Assembly (NCBI GenBank): GCA_002361955.1
Contig: DESK01000059.1
Span: 7,145 to 71,144 of the forward strand
Origin: Lachnospiraceae bacterium UBA3316
Lineage (GTDB): Bacteria; Bacillota; Clostridia; Lachnospirales; Lachnospiraceae
Reading direction: 5' to 3'
DNA length: 64,000 nt
In this document: positions 55,573 to 64,000 of the stretch, piece by piece
Position numbering within the stretch: position 1 is the first letter of the stretch
Layout: each line of letters begins with the position of its first letter
Position numbers and translations under genes: made by a program
Notes under the pieces: model-generated
Database searches by the model: none
What the model saw: the letters and a program-made list of their open reading frames with translations, nothing else
Told to the model about the DNA's origin: nothing

Positions 55573-56364
55573 TTATTTTTTCGCAGCTGTTTTCCATTTT
55601 TGTGAACGGAGGAAGCCGCAATACGCGATCCTCATGAGCATGCCTGTGGGAAGCAGCCTGCATGCCAGGCGGAGGGCCTTCATACTCCCGCCGCAGACCG
55701 ACAGCTGCTTTCCCCTGGCAGCATCCCGGAGGGCCTTTTCCACCACAGCCTCCGGAGAGGCCATGAATCTCTTCTTGTACTCCGGCACAGGATATGCCTG
55801 ATGGTCAAAAAAGGGCGTGTCCACCGCGCCGGGGCAGACGGCCGTCACCGTGATCCCCTCCCTGCGCAGCTCCACCCCCAAAGCCCTGGAAAGGCTTAAA
55901 ACGTAAGCCTTGGAGGCCGCGTAAACGGCAAACCCGGGCTGGGGAACGAAGGCGGCGGCAGAAGCCATCTGGATGATCCTGGCTCCCCTGCCTATATAAG
56001 GAAGGCAGAGACAGGTGACGGCTGTGAGGGCCTCACAGTTGACGCGGACGCAGGAGCATTGCTCCCTTTGGGAAAGCCCGGAAACGGTGCCGATTCTCCC
56101 CATTCCGGCACAGTTTACGAGAAGCCTGATGTCGGGACGCTCCCGTTTAAGCAGCCTTCCCAGAGTCTCCAGGTCTTCCTCCCTCTCCAGGTCAAGGGAA
56201 AGGGGACGGAGGGGTTTTCCTGAAACAGCCTGCAGACAGGCAAGCTTCTCCTTACTCCGCCCGATGACCCACAGTTCATCCAGGGAGGAGCGGCCTCCCC
56301 CAATCCGGCGCGCAAACTCCCGCCCCATGCCGGAGGTCGCCCCTGTCACCAATGCGATCTTCAT
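55573..56364 (-). CDS. SDR family oxidoreductase
   Basis: TGATSGMG, NCAG, SAAA, YAASK. Confidence 0.93.
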   Translation of the reverse strand: MKIALVTGATSGMGREFARRIGGGRSSLDELWVIGRSKEKLACLQAVSGKPLRPLSLDLEREEDLETLGRLLKRERPDIRLLVNCAGMGRIGTVSGLSQREQCSCVRVNCEALTAVTCLCLPYIGRGARIIQMASAAAFVPQPGFAVYAASKAYVLSLSRALGVELRREGITVTAVCPGAVDTPFFDHQAYPVPEYKKRFMASPEAVVEKALRDAARGKQLSVCGGSMKALRLACRLLPTGMLMRIAYCGFLRSQKWKTAAKK

Positions 56365-56388
56365 CCTCTGCCAACCTGCCTTTCTCTT

Positions 56389-58305
56389 TTACTTCCGCGC
56401 TTTTTTATGGACATTTCGGATCGTTCTCTTTTTCGGGCCCCCTGACCCTGCTTTGGCCAAAGGGGCGCCGGACGTTCCTCTGCTGTTCCCCGGCTGCGCC
56501 CGCCGCCCCGTTTCTTTCGCGGGCCGTATCAGGCACTTCTTATCATATCCGATGAGATCCGTCCTGTGGGCGATCCGCAAAGCCTCCGCCACCAGCTCAT
56601 AATTCTTTGGATCCCTGTACTGGATCAGAGCCCTCTGCATGGCCTTCTCATGGGGATTTACCGGCACATAAACCTTCTCCATGGTTCTGGGATCTACCCC
56701 CGTGTAATACATACAGGTGGAGATCGTGGAGGGCGTAGGGTAAAAATCCTGTACCTGCTCCGGCATATATCCCAGATCCCGCAGATATTCCGCCAGCTCC
56801 ACGGCTTCCTTCATGGTAGAGCCCGGGTGGGAGGACATCAGATAGGGCACTAAAAACTGATTCTTCCCGCACTGCCTGTTCAGCTCTTTGTACCTGTCGG
56901 CAAATTTCTGGTATACGGCGTGCCTCGGTTTCCCCATGCGCAGCAGCACTCTGTCCGCCACATGCTCCGGCGCCACCTTCAGCTGGCCGCTGACATGGTG
57001 CTGTACCAGCTCCCGGAAGAAGGTCTCATCCCTGTCATAGATCAGATAGTCGAAACGGATGCCGGAGCGGATAAATACCTTCTTCACCTTCGGCAGCGCC
57101 CGCAGCTTCCGCAAAAGCTCCAGGTATTCCCGGTGGGTGATCCGCAGGTTTTTACAGGGCTCAGGAAAAAGGCACTGCCTTCCGGGACAGGCCCCCTTGG
57201 TGAGCTGTTTGTCGCAGGCCGGATGGCGGAAATCCGCCGTAGGCCCTCCCACATCGTGAATGTACCCCTTAAAATCCGGATCCTCCGTCATCTTCTTCGA
57301 TTCTTTTATAATGGATTCCTGGCTTCTGGCCTGAATGATCCGCCCCTGGTGAAACGTCAGGGCGCAGAAGCTGCAGCCGCCGAAGCATCCCCGGCTACTC
57401 ACAAGGGAAAATTTCACCTCCTGGATGGCAGGCACTCCCCCCAGGGCCTCATAGGAAGGATGGTAGGCGCGCTGGTAGGGCAGGGCATACACCTGATCCA
57501 TCTCCTCCCGGCTCAGAGGCCTGGCCGGAGGGTTCTGCACCACCACAAGCTGGCCGTCGTAGGGCTCTGCCAGCCGCTTCCCGGAAAAGGGATCCGTATT
57601 GCAATACTGGGTGTAGAAGCTCTTGGCATAATTCAATTTATCCTTTTTCAGCTCCTCATAGGAGGGCAGCTCCAGGTAATCGTAAAGGATCGAACGATCC
57701 CTGGTCTTAAATACCGTCCCCGGCACAAAGGTGATATCCTTCACTGCGATTCCACTGTTCAGCGCGTCGGCAATCTCCACAATCGAGCGCTCTCCCATCC
57801 CATAGGAGATCAGATCTGCCCCGGAATCCAGCAGAATCGACCGTTTCAGGGAATCTGACCAGTAATCATAGTGGGCCAGGCGGCGCAGGCTGGCTTCGAT
57901 CCCGCCGATAATCAAAGGCGTATGCTTATATTTCCGTCGAACCAGGCCGCAGTAAACGACCACGGCATGGTCGGGCCGCTTCCCCATGACGCCCCCCGGC
58001 GTGAAGGCGTCTGAGCTTCTCCGTTTCTTTGACACTGTATAGTGATTCACCATAGAATCCATATTTCCCGAGGATACCAGGAACCCAAGCCTCGGCTCTC
58101 CGTAAACGGCGATGCTCTCCGGATCATGCCAGTCCGGCTGGGAGATGATTCCCACCGAATAGCCCCGGGACTCCAGAAGCCGGCTGATGATCGCATGGCC
58201 AAAGGAGGGGTGGTCCACATAAGCGTCCCCGATGATGTACACAAAATCAAACTGCCGGATCCCCCTCTTCTCCATATCCTCCCGTGAAACAGGCAGAAAA
58301 TCCAT
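56389..58305 (-). CDS. YgiQ family radical SAM protein
   Basis: [45 protein letters not shown]. Confidence 0.95.
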   Translation of the reverse strand: MDFLPVSREDMEKRGIRQFDFVYIIGDAYVDHPSFGHAIISRLLESRGYSVGIISQPDWHDPESIAVYGEPRLGFLVSSGNMDSMVNHYTVSKKRRSSDAFTPGGVMGKRPDHAVVVYCGLVRRKYKHTPLIIGGIEASLRRLAHYDYWSDSLKRSILLDSGADLISYGMGERSIVEIADALNSGIAVKDITFVPGTVFKTRDRSILYDYLELPSYEELKKDKLNYAKSFYTQYCNTDPFSGKRLAEPYDGQLVVVQNPPARPLSREEMDQVYALPYQRAYHPSYEALGGVPAIQEVKFSLVSSRGCFGGCSFCALTFHQGRIIQARSQESIIKESKKMTEDPDFKGYIHDVGGPTADFRHPACDKQLTKGACPGRQCLFPEPCKNLRITHREYLELLRKLRALPKVKKVFIRSGIRFDYLIYDRDETFFRELVQHHVSGQLKVAPEHVADRVLLRMGKPRHAVYQKFADRYKELNRQCGKNQFLVPYLMSSHPGSTMKEAVELAEYLRDLGYMPEQVQDFYPTPSTISTCMYYTGVDPRTMEKVYVPVNPHEKAMQRALIQYRDPKNYELVAEALRIAHRTDLIGYDKKCLIRPAKETGRRAQPGNSRGTSGAPLAKAGSGGPKKRTIRNVHKKARK

Positions 58306-58306
58306 C

Positions 58307-59011
58307 TTATCGCGCCTCCCTGCTGTAAAAAACATCATTTCTGGCATTCAGGACCTCATAGGTCCCATCAAAAATGTCCGTGAAGCTCTTAATATAAAAA
58401 TCCGCGAACCGCCTCTTATCCTCCGTCTGGTCAAGAGAAAAGGCGTCCTCCACGGCGCACACGGTCATCCCGGCATTTTTCCCGGCCAGAATCCCCATAG
58501 GAACATCCTCAAATACCAGGCAGCTCTCATACTCCGCCTCTAAATCCTCCGCCACCTTCATATAAATATCAGGCGCAGGCTTCCCGGCAGATACGTCGCA
58601 GGCGGTACACACGGCGTCTATATAGCTCTCCAGCTGATTGGCCTTCAGAACAGCCTCCACCAGCCGGATGCCGTTGCTGGTGGCAATCCCTGTGCGGATT
58701 CCCCTTTTTCGCAGGAATTTCAAAAAGCCCATAGCGCCTTCTTTCAGGGGAACCTGATGGGCATATTTCTCATAAGCCATCTCATACCAGTCCTCCTTGA
58801 TCTCCTCCGTACTTTTGGGTATCTGAAACGTCTCCTTAAAATAGACGGCCGTCTCGGTAAAGCTCATTCCCTCAATCTCCTGCTGCAGAGTCTCCGGAAC
58901 GGAAATGCCGAACTGCCCCAGATATTCAATATCAATATCCTTCCACATCCACATGGAATCCACCAATGTGCCGTCCAGGTCAAAAATCACTGCCTGTATT
59001 TCGTCTAACAT
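58307..59011 (-). CDS. HAD family phosphatase
   Basis: [23 protein letters not shown]. Confidence 0.95.
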   Translation of the reverse strand: MLDEIQAVIFDLDGTLVDSMWMWKDIDIEYLGQFGISVPETLQQEIEGMSFTETAVYFKETFQIPKSTEEIKEDWYEMAYEKYAHQVPLKEGAMGFLKFLRKRGIRTGIATSNGIRLVEAVLKANQLESYIDAVCTACDVSAGKPAPDIYMKVAEDLEAEYESCLVFEDVPMGILAGKNAGMTVCAVEDAFSLDQTEDKRRFADFYIKSFTDIFDGTYEVLNARNDVFYSREAR

Positions 59012-59030
59012 ATGCCTTCTCCATTCTCAA

Positions 59031-59753
59031 TCATTTTTTCGTGGCATCCAAGCGTTTTCTTTCTTCTTCCGTCAAACGGCGGTACGCCCCCTTCTCCAGC
59101 GTCCCATCTAAAACAATCCCGCCCATGGACAGACGTTTCAGATAGATCACCCTGCAGCCCACCGCCGCGAACATACGCTTCACCTGATGGAACCGCCCCT
59201 CATGGACCGTAACCTCCGCCTCAGAAATTTCGCCGGAGCTTAAGATCCGAAGCTGTGCCGGAAGGGCAGGCTTAGGGTCTCCGATATCCAGCCCCGCCCC
59301 GAAGGCTTTGCCGTGCTCCGGAAGAAGCCGCCCCTCAACCTTCGCGTAATACGTCTTATCCACATGCTTTCCGGGGGACAGCAGGTCGTGGGCCATCCCG
59401 CCGTCATTTGTGATCAGCAGAAGCCCCTCCGTATCCTTATCCAGCCTTCCCACCGGGAAAAAGTGTTCCTTGCCGGGAATGTCCAGATAGTCCATGACCG
59501 TCCTGTCATGGCTGTCATTGGTGGCCGTGACGCAGCCCGCCGGTTTATGGAACATGTACGTATCATACTTTACGTAACACACTTCCCGGCCATCCGCCAG
59601 GATCCGGTCGCGCCCATCCTCCACCTTCATCTCCGGCTTTCCGGCAATCTCGCCGTTTACCGACACACGCCCCGTCCTGATCATCGTTTTTACCTGGCTC
59701 CTTGTGCCTACTCCCATATTTGCCAGAAGCTTGTCCAGCCGCATTTTACCCAT
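59031..59753 (-). CDS. RsuA/RluB family pseudouridine synthase
   Basis: S4 domain (RLDKLL), GRLDKDTEGLL, EGRFHQVKRM. Confidence 0.95.
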   Translation of the reverse strand: MGKMRLDKLLANMGVGTRSQVKTMIRTGRVSVNGEIAGKPEMKVEDGRDRILADGREVCYVKYDTYMFHKPAGCVTATNDSHDRTVMDYLDIPGKEHFFPVGRLDKDTEGLLLITNDGGMAHDLLSPGKHVDKTYYAKVEGRLLPEHGKAFGAGLDIGDPKPALPAQLRILSSGEISEAEVTVHEGRFHQVKRMFAAVGCRVIYLKRLSMGGIVLDGTLEKGAYRRLTEEERKRLDATKK

Positions 59754-61100
59754 TTACTGCACTCTCCATCCCGGATAATATTTGTTTTTCAGCATCCCGC
59801 CGGCAGCCTTGGCCCAGCCCAGGGGATACCCGTCGCATCCCACCAGAACCCAGCCCTTCTTTATGGAAGCTTCCTCTTCCAAAAGCTCCACCGTCTCCCC
59901 CTTTAAATAGCGCATGACACGGCCGTCCTCCGACGACAGGGACAGAGACTGGGGAAAATCCTCCAGCTTCAATGCCATGGCCAAAGACTGGCTTGGTTCA
60001 AAGCGGTTTCTTTTCCATTCGCCGAGATAAAGCCCTGTCCGCAGAAAACGAAGTCCCCTGGCAGGGGACAGCGCCTCCGGCAGCAGATAGGCCCGCCCTT
60101 CCAGCAGACGGATCTGTTCCTGCCGCCGGAAGGATGGGGGAAGCTGCTCTAAAAACTCCAAAAGCTCCGCCGGTAGCTTCTCCTTTTTTCTTTCCACAGC
60201 CCGAGCAGGGCCTTCGGCCTCCCCCGCCTTCTCAAGCAGAGCGGCAAAATGCCCCTCCCCCCGGAGCTTGTGGGGAAAGGCGCGGACGCAGCCCGGAAGC
60301 CTGCCCTCCAACAACCCGCCGCTTTTTTGAATCGGGAGCAGCGTAAGCTCCGGATGGGCCAAAAGCAGTGCCTCCACATTCTTCTCATTTTCCATCGTTG
60401 AAAAGGTGCAGGTGGAGTAAAGCAGCTTTCCGCCGGGAGCCAGAAGCCGTACGGCAGACTCCAGGATCTCCCGCTGAAGCTGGGCGTAATACGCAGGCCC
60501 GTGCTCCTCCCAGCTCTTTACCATGGAGGGATCCCGGCGAAACATCCCTTCTCCCGAGCAGGGAGCGTCGATCAGGATCTTATCAAAACACCCCTCATAG
60601 AAACGGCACAGCTTCTCCGGCGTTTCACTGGTGACAAACATATTTCCGATCCCAAAAAGCTCCAGGTTTTTCAAAAGCCCCTTGGCCCTGGAATTGCTGA
60701 TGTCGTTTGCCAGCAAAACACCCGTTCCCATAAGCCTTGCCCCAAGCTCCGTGGCCTTTCCGCCGGGAGCGGCGCACAGATCAAGCACCCTGTCCCCGGG
60801 CTCAATGGGAAGCCTCGAGGCGGGAATCATGGCGCTTGGCTCCTGGATATAATACAGCCCCGCGTAATAGTGGGGATGCCTCGTGACAGCCTCCCCCTCC
60901 TCATAATAAAAGCCGTTTTCCGTCCAGGGAACAGGTGTCAGATGAAAGGGCGTCAGCTTTAAAAAATCCTCCACGGAGATCTTCCGGGTGTTTACGCGCA
61001 GCCCCAGGGACTTTGGCTCCTCAAAGGAAGCCAGGTAAGCCTCATATTCCTCTCCCAGCAGCTCCTTCATGGCCGCCAGGTAGTTTTCTGGAAGTTTCAT
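59754..61100 (-). CDS. rsmF: RsmF/RsmB family rRNA m5C methyltransferase
   Basis: QEPSAM, DLCAAPGGK, DAPCSGEG, STCT; C-terminal PUA-like domains. Confidence 0.92.
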   Translation of the reverse strand: MKLPENYLAAMKELLGEEYEAYLASFEEPKSLGLRVNTRKISVEDFLKLTPFHLTPVPWTENGFYYEEGEAVTRHPHYYAGLYYIQEPSAMIPASRLPIEPGDRVLDLCAAPGGKATELGARLMGTGVLLANDISNSRAKGLLKNLELFGIGNMFVTSETPEKLCRFYEGCFDKILIDAPCSGEGMFRRDPSMVKSWEEHGPAYYAQLQREILESAVRLLAPGGKLLYSTCTFSTMENEKNVEALLLAHPELTLLPIQKSGGLLEGRLPGCVRAFPHKLRGEGHFAALLEKAGEAEGPARAVERKKEKLPAELLEFLEQLPPSFRRQEQIRLLEGRAYLLPEALSPARGLRFLRTGLYLGEWKRNRFEPSQSLAMALKLEDFPQSLSLSSEDGRVMRYLKGETVELLEEEASIKKGWVLVGCDGYPLGWAKAAGGMLKNKYYPGWRVQ

Positions 61101-61921
61101 AGATTCTCCTCATAGCGATGTTCATTTGATTGGGCGCGATACCCTTCCGCGATAACGTCCAGCTGCCTGTGGAAACGCCTGAGCTGCTCAATATCGTTCG
61201 TCTTGTAAATCCTGTAAAATTCATCCTGGATACGGATGATCTCCCTCTTATTTGCCAGACGGTAAAGATTCTGGATATTGTTCAGGATATCGCTTACAAG
61301 ATTTGCCTGGATCTGGAAGGAATTCTGGGCGTCCATAATCTCCCCCCGCACGGAGGACATCTCGTTGTCCAAAAGCAGGATCGCGTCTGAAGCATTCGTC
61401 AGCCTGGTGCGGATATGTTCCGGGATGCTGCCCTTATACTTATATTGCAGGGAATGCTCGATCGTGGACCAGAAATTCATAGCCAGGGTCCTAATCTGTA
61501 TCTCCGCCTGGATCTTCTTCCCTCCCCCCAGCGTCTGTACCTCATAATAAATAATCATATGGTAGCTTCTGTACCCGCTCTTCTTCGTGTGGGTCACGTA
61601 ATCCTTCTCGCTCTTTACCACCATATCCGTCCGGTTCCTGATGATCTCCACCACTTTCTCAATATCCTCAACGAACTGGCAGATGATGCGGATGCCTGCG
61701 ATATCTTCCAGCTTTTCCTCGATCTCCTCGATGCGGATATTCTTTTTCTGGGCCTTATCCAGGATGCTGGAAATGGTTTTCACACGGCCGTGTACCTGCT
61801 CGATCGGAGAATAGAGTCCCTGGGATCTGTGTTCCTGGATTAAATGATTAAACTTGACCGTCAGTTCCTTGACTGCCAGTTCATAAGGATCCAGGATCTC
61901 CTTCCATAACTGTATTTCCAT
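61097..61921 (-). CDS. Small alarmone synthetase (RelQ/YjbM-like GTP pyrophosphokinase)
   Basis: GRVK, DIAGIRI, SGYRSYH, EIQIRT, WSTIEH; no hydrolase domain. Confidence 0.92.
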   Translation of the reverse strand: MEIQLWKEILDPYELAVKELTVKFNHLIQEHRSQGLYSPIEQVHGRVKTISSILDKAQKKNIRIEEIEEKLEDIAGIRIICQFVEDIEKVVEIIRNRTDMVVKSEKDYVTHTKKSGYRSYHMIIYYEVQTLGGGKKIQAEIQIRTLAMNFWSTIEHSLQYKYKGSIPEHIRTRLTNASDAILLLDNEMSSVRGEIMDAQNSFQIQANLVSDILNNIQNLYRLANKREIIRIQDEFYRIYKTNDIEQLRRFHRQLDVIAEGYRAQSNEHRYEENL

Positions 61922-61990
61922 GTATTCTTAAATCTCCTTTTAGGCTTATTGACGTAACAGTTCAGATGCCTGAGCTGTTGTATTTTTGTT

Positions 61991-62020
61991 AGTATAGCAC
62001 ATCTAATGCCTGTATTTCAA
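61991..62020 (-). promoter_or_regulatory. sigmaA promoter of the relQ-like operon
   Basis: Minus strand TTGAAA, 18 bp, TG-c-TATACT. Confidence 0.55.
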
Positions 62021-62851
62021 CTTGCGGCGCTCCAGGCTTTTTAAAATCCAGTAAGGATTGACGCTGATCTCCTCCCCCTCCCGGGAATTGACGTAAATGC
62101 CCAGATGCAGATGAACGTCAAACTTTCCCCTGGTAGGCTCCGGGCCGTACCCCGTATCTCCCATAAAGCCAAGGACCTCCCCCGCGCGAACCCTCTGCCC
62201 CACCGAAAAGCCGCCTCCGTAATCCGATAGGTGCGCATAATAAAAATATCCGCCCTTGGGGCTCCTGATCCCGATGCGGTAGCCGCCCTTCTCCAGCCAG
62301 CCGATCTTCTCCACCACGCCGTCTGTCATACTGAAAACGGGATAGCGTCCGCTCACATTTTCCGGCGGCATCAGATCGCAGCCTTCATGTCCCCGCCGCC
62401 CGCCATAATTTCGCTCAAACATCCAGGAATCTTCATAAGTAACTCCCGTTTCTGTGGGAAAATACACCAGATCATCCCAGATGGCCCCATACAGGGAGCG
62501 AAGAGACGCTGCTTCCTTTTTTCGGTACCTCTCAAAAAGCTCCTTCTGGCTGCTAAACTGCTCCGTCGGCAGACCCTCCGGGGAAGAAAGGTCAAACCGC
62601 TTCGCTGGCATCCACACAGACAGAAGTTCACCTTTTGACAGGCCAAGCTGCTCCTCTGCCTGTTCCAGGTATTCCAGAGTCTCCGCGGACAGCTCCTGCC
62701 TGCGGAAGGCGTCCATCCGTTCCGCGTCCATATCCAGCTCCATGACCGGGGCAAACAGGAGGCACATACCGATCATCTCCACGCTGGCTCCCGCCAGAAA
62801 CAGAAGCAGAAGGATCCTGTATAAAAGATCGATCCATGGGGTTCCTTTCAT
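62003..62851 (-). CDS. M23 metallopeptidase, LytH/YunA-like
   Basis: HEGCD (HxxxD), GGYRIGIR, YYAHL, HLH; N-terminal TM. Confidence 0.9.
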   Translation of the reverse strand: MKGTPWIDLLYRILLLLFLAGASVEMIGMCLLFAPVMELDMDAERMDAFRRQELSAETLEYLEQAEEQLGLSKGELLSVWMPAKRFDLSSPEGLPTEQFSSQKELFERYRKKEAASLRSLYGAIWDDLVYFPTETGVTYEDSWMFERNYGGRRGHEGCDLMPPENVSGRYPVFSMTDGVVEKIGWLEKGGYRIGIRSPKGGYFYYAHLSDYGGGFSVGQRVRAGEVLGFMGDTGYGPEPTRGKFDVHLHLGIYVNSREGEEISVNPYWILKSLERRKLKYRH

Positions 62852-62966
62852 GTTCTCTCTCCGCCTTTTAGATTGCTGTACTTCCTAAAAAGTATATGCG
62901 GCGTCTTTCTCCGGGATTCCTGGGTAAAAGACTTCCCTTTCGCCCTGCCTGTCCGCCTCTTTTGTG

Positions 62967-62994
62967 GAATAGCTCTCCCGCCTGCGCATATAGT
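62967..62994 (+). promoter_or_regulatory. sigmaE-type promoter of ylbJ
   Basis: GAATA-15 bp-CATATAGT just before the AGGAGG RBS. Confidence 0.5.
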
Positions 62995-63012
62995 GTACAA
63001 AGGAGGCTGCCC

Positions 63013-63954
63013 ATGAAAAAACTTTGCTTTGAACTTTCCCTTGCCGCCATATTTCTTTTTCTCTTTCTCTATCCCTCCCAGGCGCTGGCCGCCTCCAGGG
63101 TCGGACTGCATCTCTGGTTTGACACCCTTCTGCCCACTCTGCTCCCCTTTATGATCCTGTCAGGGATCTTTATCCGCGGGGATCTGGCGCGCCCTCTCGT
63201 CTCCCTTCTGGCTCCCTTTTTCAAAAAAGCCCTGATGCTGAGCCCCGGCGGCACCTACGCGCTGCTGATGGGCTTTCTCTGCGGATGCCCCATGGGAGCA
63301 AAGACGGTCAACGACCTGCTGGAGCGGGGGCAGATCGCACCGGAGGAAGCCCAATACCTGGCCGGCTTCTGCAACAACTTAAGCCCTTCCTTTATCGTCA
63401 CGTTCCTGGTGACGGAAAAGCTTGGCCGCCCCGCCCTGATGCTCCCTGTCCTTGTGATCCTCTACGGCTCCCCCCTGCTGTTCGCCATACTGACAAACCC
63501 TGCCTACCGCCGCCTGGCGGCCTGCCCGAAGGAAACGCCCGCCCCCAATCCCCCTGCGGCCAGAGAAGCCTTAAGCTTCGTCATGGTAGACCACTGTATT
63601 CTGGACAGCGTCCTCACCGTCGTTCGCCTGGGCGGATATATCATGCTCTTTGCCATACTGGCCGGAGCCGTCCGGCTTCTCCCCTTCCCTCCAAAGGCAA
63701 CGGCAGTCCTGACGGCTCTGGCTGAGATCACCAACGGCATCCCGGCCATCCTGGAGGCCTTTCCCTTTCCGGCCGCCTTTCTGCTGCTCATGACGCTGGC
63801 GTCCTTCGGCGGCCTGTCCGCCCTGGCCCAGACTGACAGCGCCGGAGGATTTTCAGACAAAAAAAACGCACATCTTTCCTTATGGAAATATGTGCGCTCT
63901 AAGCTCCTGATCAGTCTAATCGCCGCGTTTCTATCGGTATGCTTTTTGCTTTAA
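63013..63954 (+). CDS. ylbJ: Sporulation integral membrane protein YlbJ
   Basis: LW...LPTLLPF, GFLCGCP.GAK, CNNLSPSF, EITNG, FGGLS; ATG 63013 after AGGAGG. Confidence 0.88.
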   Translation: MKKLCFELSLAAIFLFLFLYPSQALAASRVGLHLWFDTLLPTLLPFMILSGIFIRGDLARPLVSLLAPFFKKALMLSPGGTYALLMGFLCGCPMGAKTVNDLLERGQIAPEEAQYLAGFCNNLSPSFIVTFLVTEKLGRPALMLPVLVILYGSPLLFAILTNPAYRRLAACPKETPAPNPPAAREALSFVMVDHCILDSVLTVVRLGGYIMLFAILAGAVRLLPFPPKATAVLTALAEITNGIPAILEAFPFPAAFLLLMTLASFGGLSALAQTDSAGGFSDKKNAHLSLWKYVRSKLLISLIAAFLSVCFLL

Positions 63955-63963
63955 TGCATCGGA

Positions 63964-63999
63964 TCATTCGTCGTCATAATCCTCGGCAGGCACGGAAGC
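63964..63999 (-). CDS. C-terminal tail of a gene beyond the window (partial)
   Basis: Minus frame reads ASVPAEDYDDE*, converging on ylbJ; too short to identify. Confidence 0.3.
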   Translation of the reverse strand, partial: ASVPAEDYDDE

Positions 64000-64000
64000 G

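Noticed and set aside
1-64000. rRNA, tRNA, IS elements, CRISPR-cas, defence or toxin-antitoxin loci
   Set aside because: None recognised; intergenic gaps are short, but very small RNAs or peptides could be missed by eye.

Overview
Chromosomal DNA from a spore-forming Clostridia member, probably Lachnospiraceae (inferred from gene content, Prp-cleaved L27 and Firmicutes SOS boxes). About 70 mostly housekeeping genes; no rRNA, tRNA, CRISPR, IS or prophage found. Main blocks: rplU-prp-rpmA-obgE-yhbY-nadD-yqeK-rsfS; lexA/yneA; a tyrosine recombinase with cdd and dtd; lspA-rluD-aroB and ylmE-sepF-ylmH; radC-mreBCD-pbp2-minCDE-rodA-mgsA-dac; miaB-mutS-mutL-miaA-ynbB plus two flavoproteins; yqfC-yqfD-phoH-ybeY; relQ-rsmF-pseudouridine synthase-HAD-ygiQ; lytH-like/ylbJ. 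Gene orientation flips from mostly + to almost all - at about 10 kb, suggesting the replication terminus. Most notable: (1) a near-symmetric dif-like palindrome at 13001-13033 with an atypical 5-bp centre and extra arm copies, about 750 bp upstream of an XerS-like recombinase; (2) a perfect 13-bp inverted repeat pair enclosing exactly the promoter of the miaB-mutS-mutL operon, a candidate invertible switch for mismatch repair; (3) MreB and MgsA with substituted catalytic residues in the same shape/division operon; (4) a structured 112-nt leader ahead of the SOS division inhibitor yneA. All analysis was by eye; no searches or folding were run.
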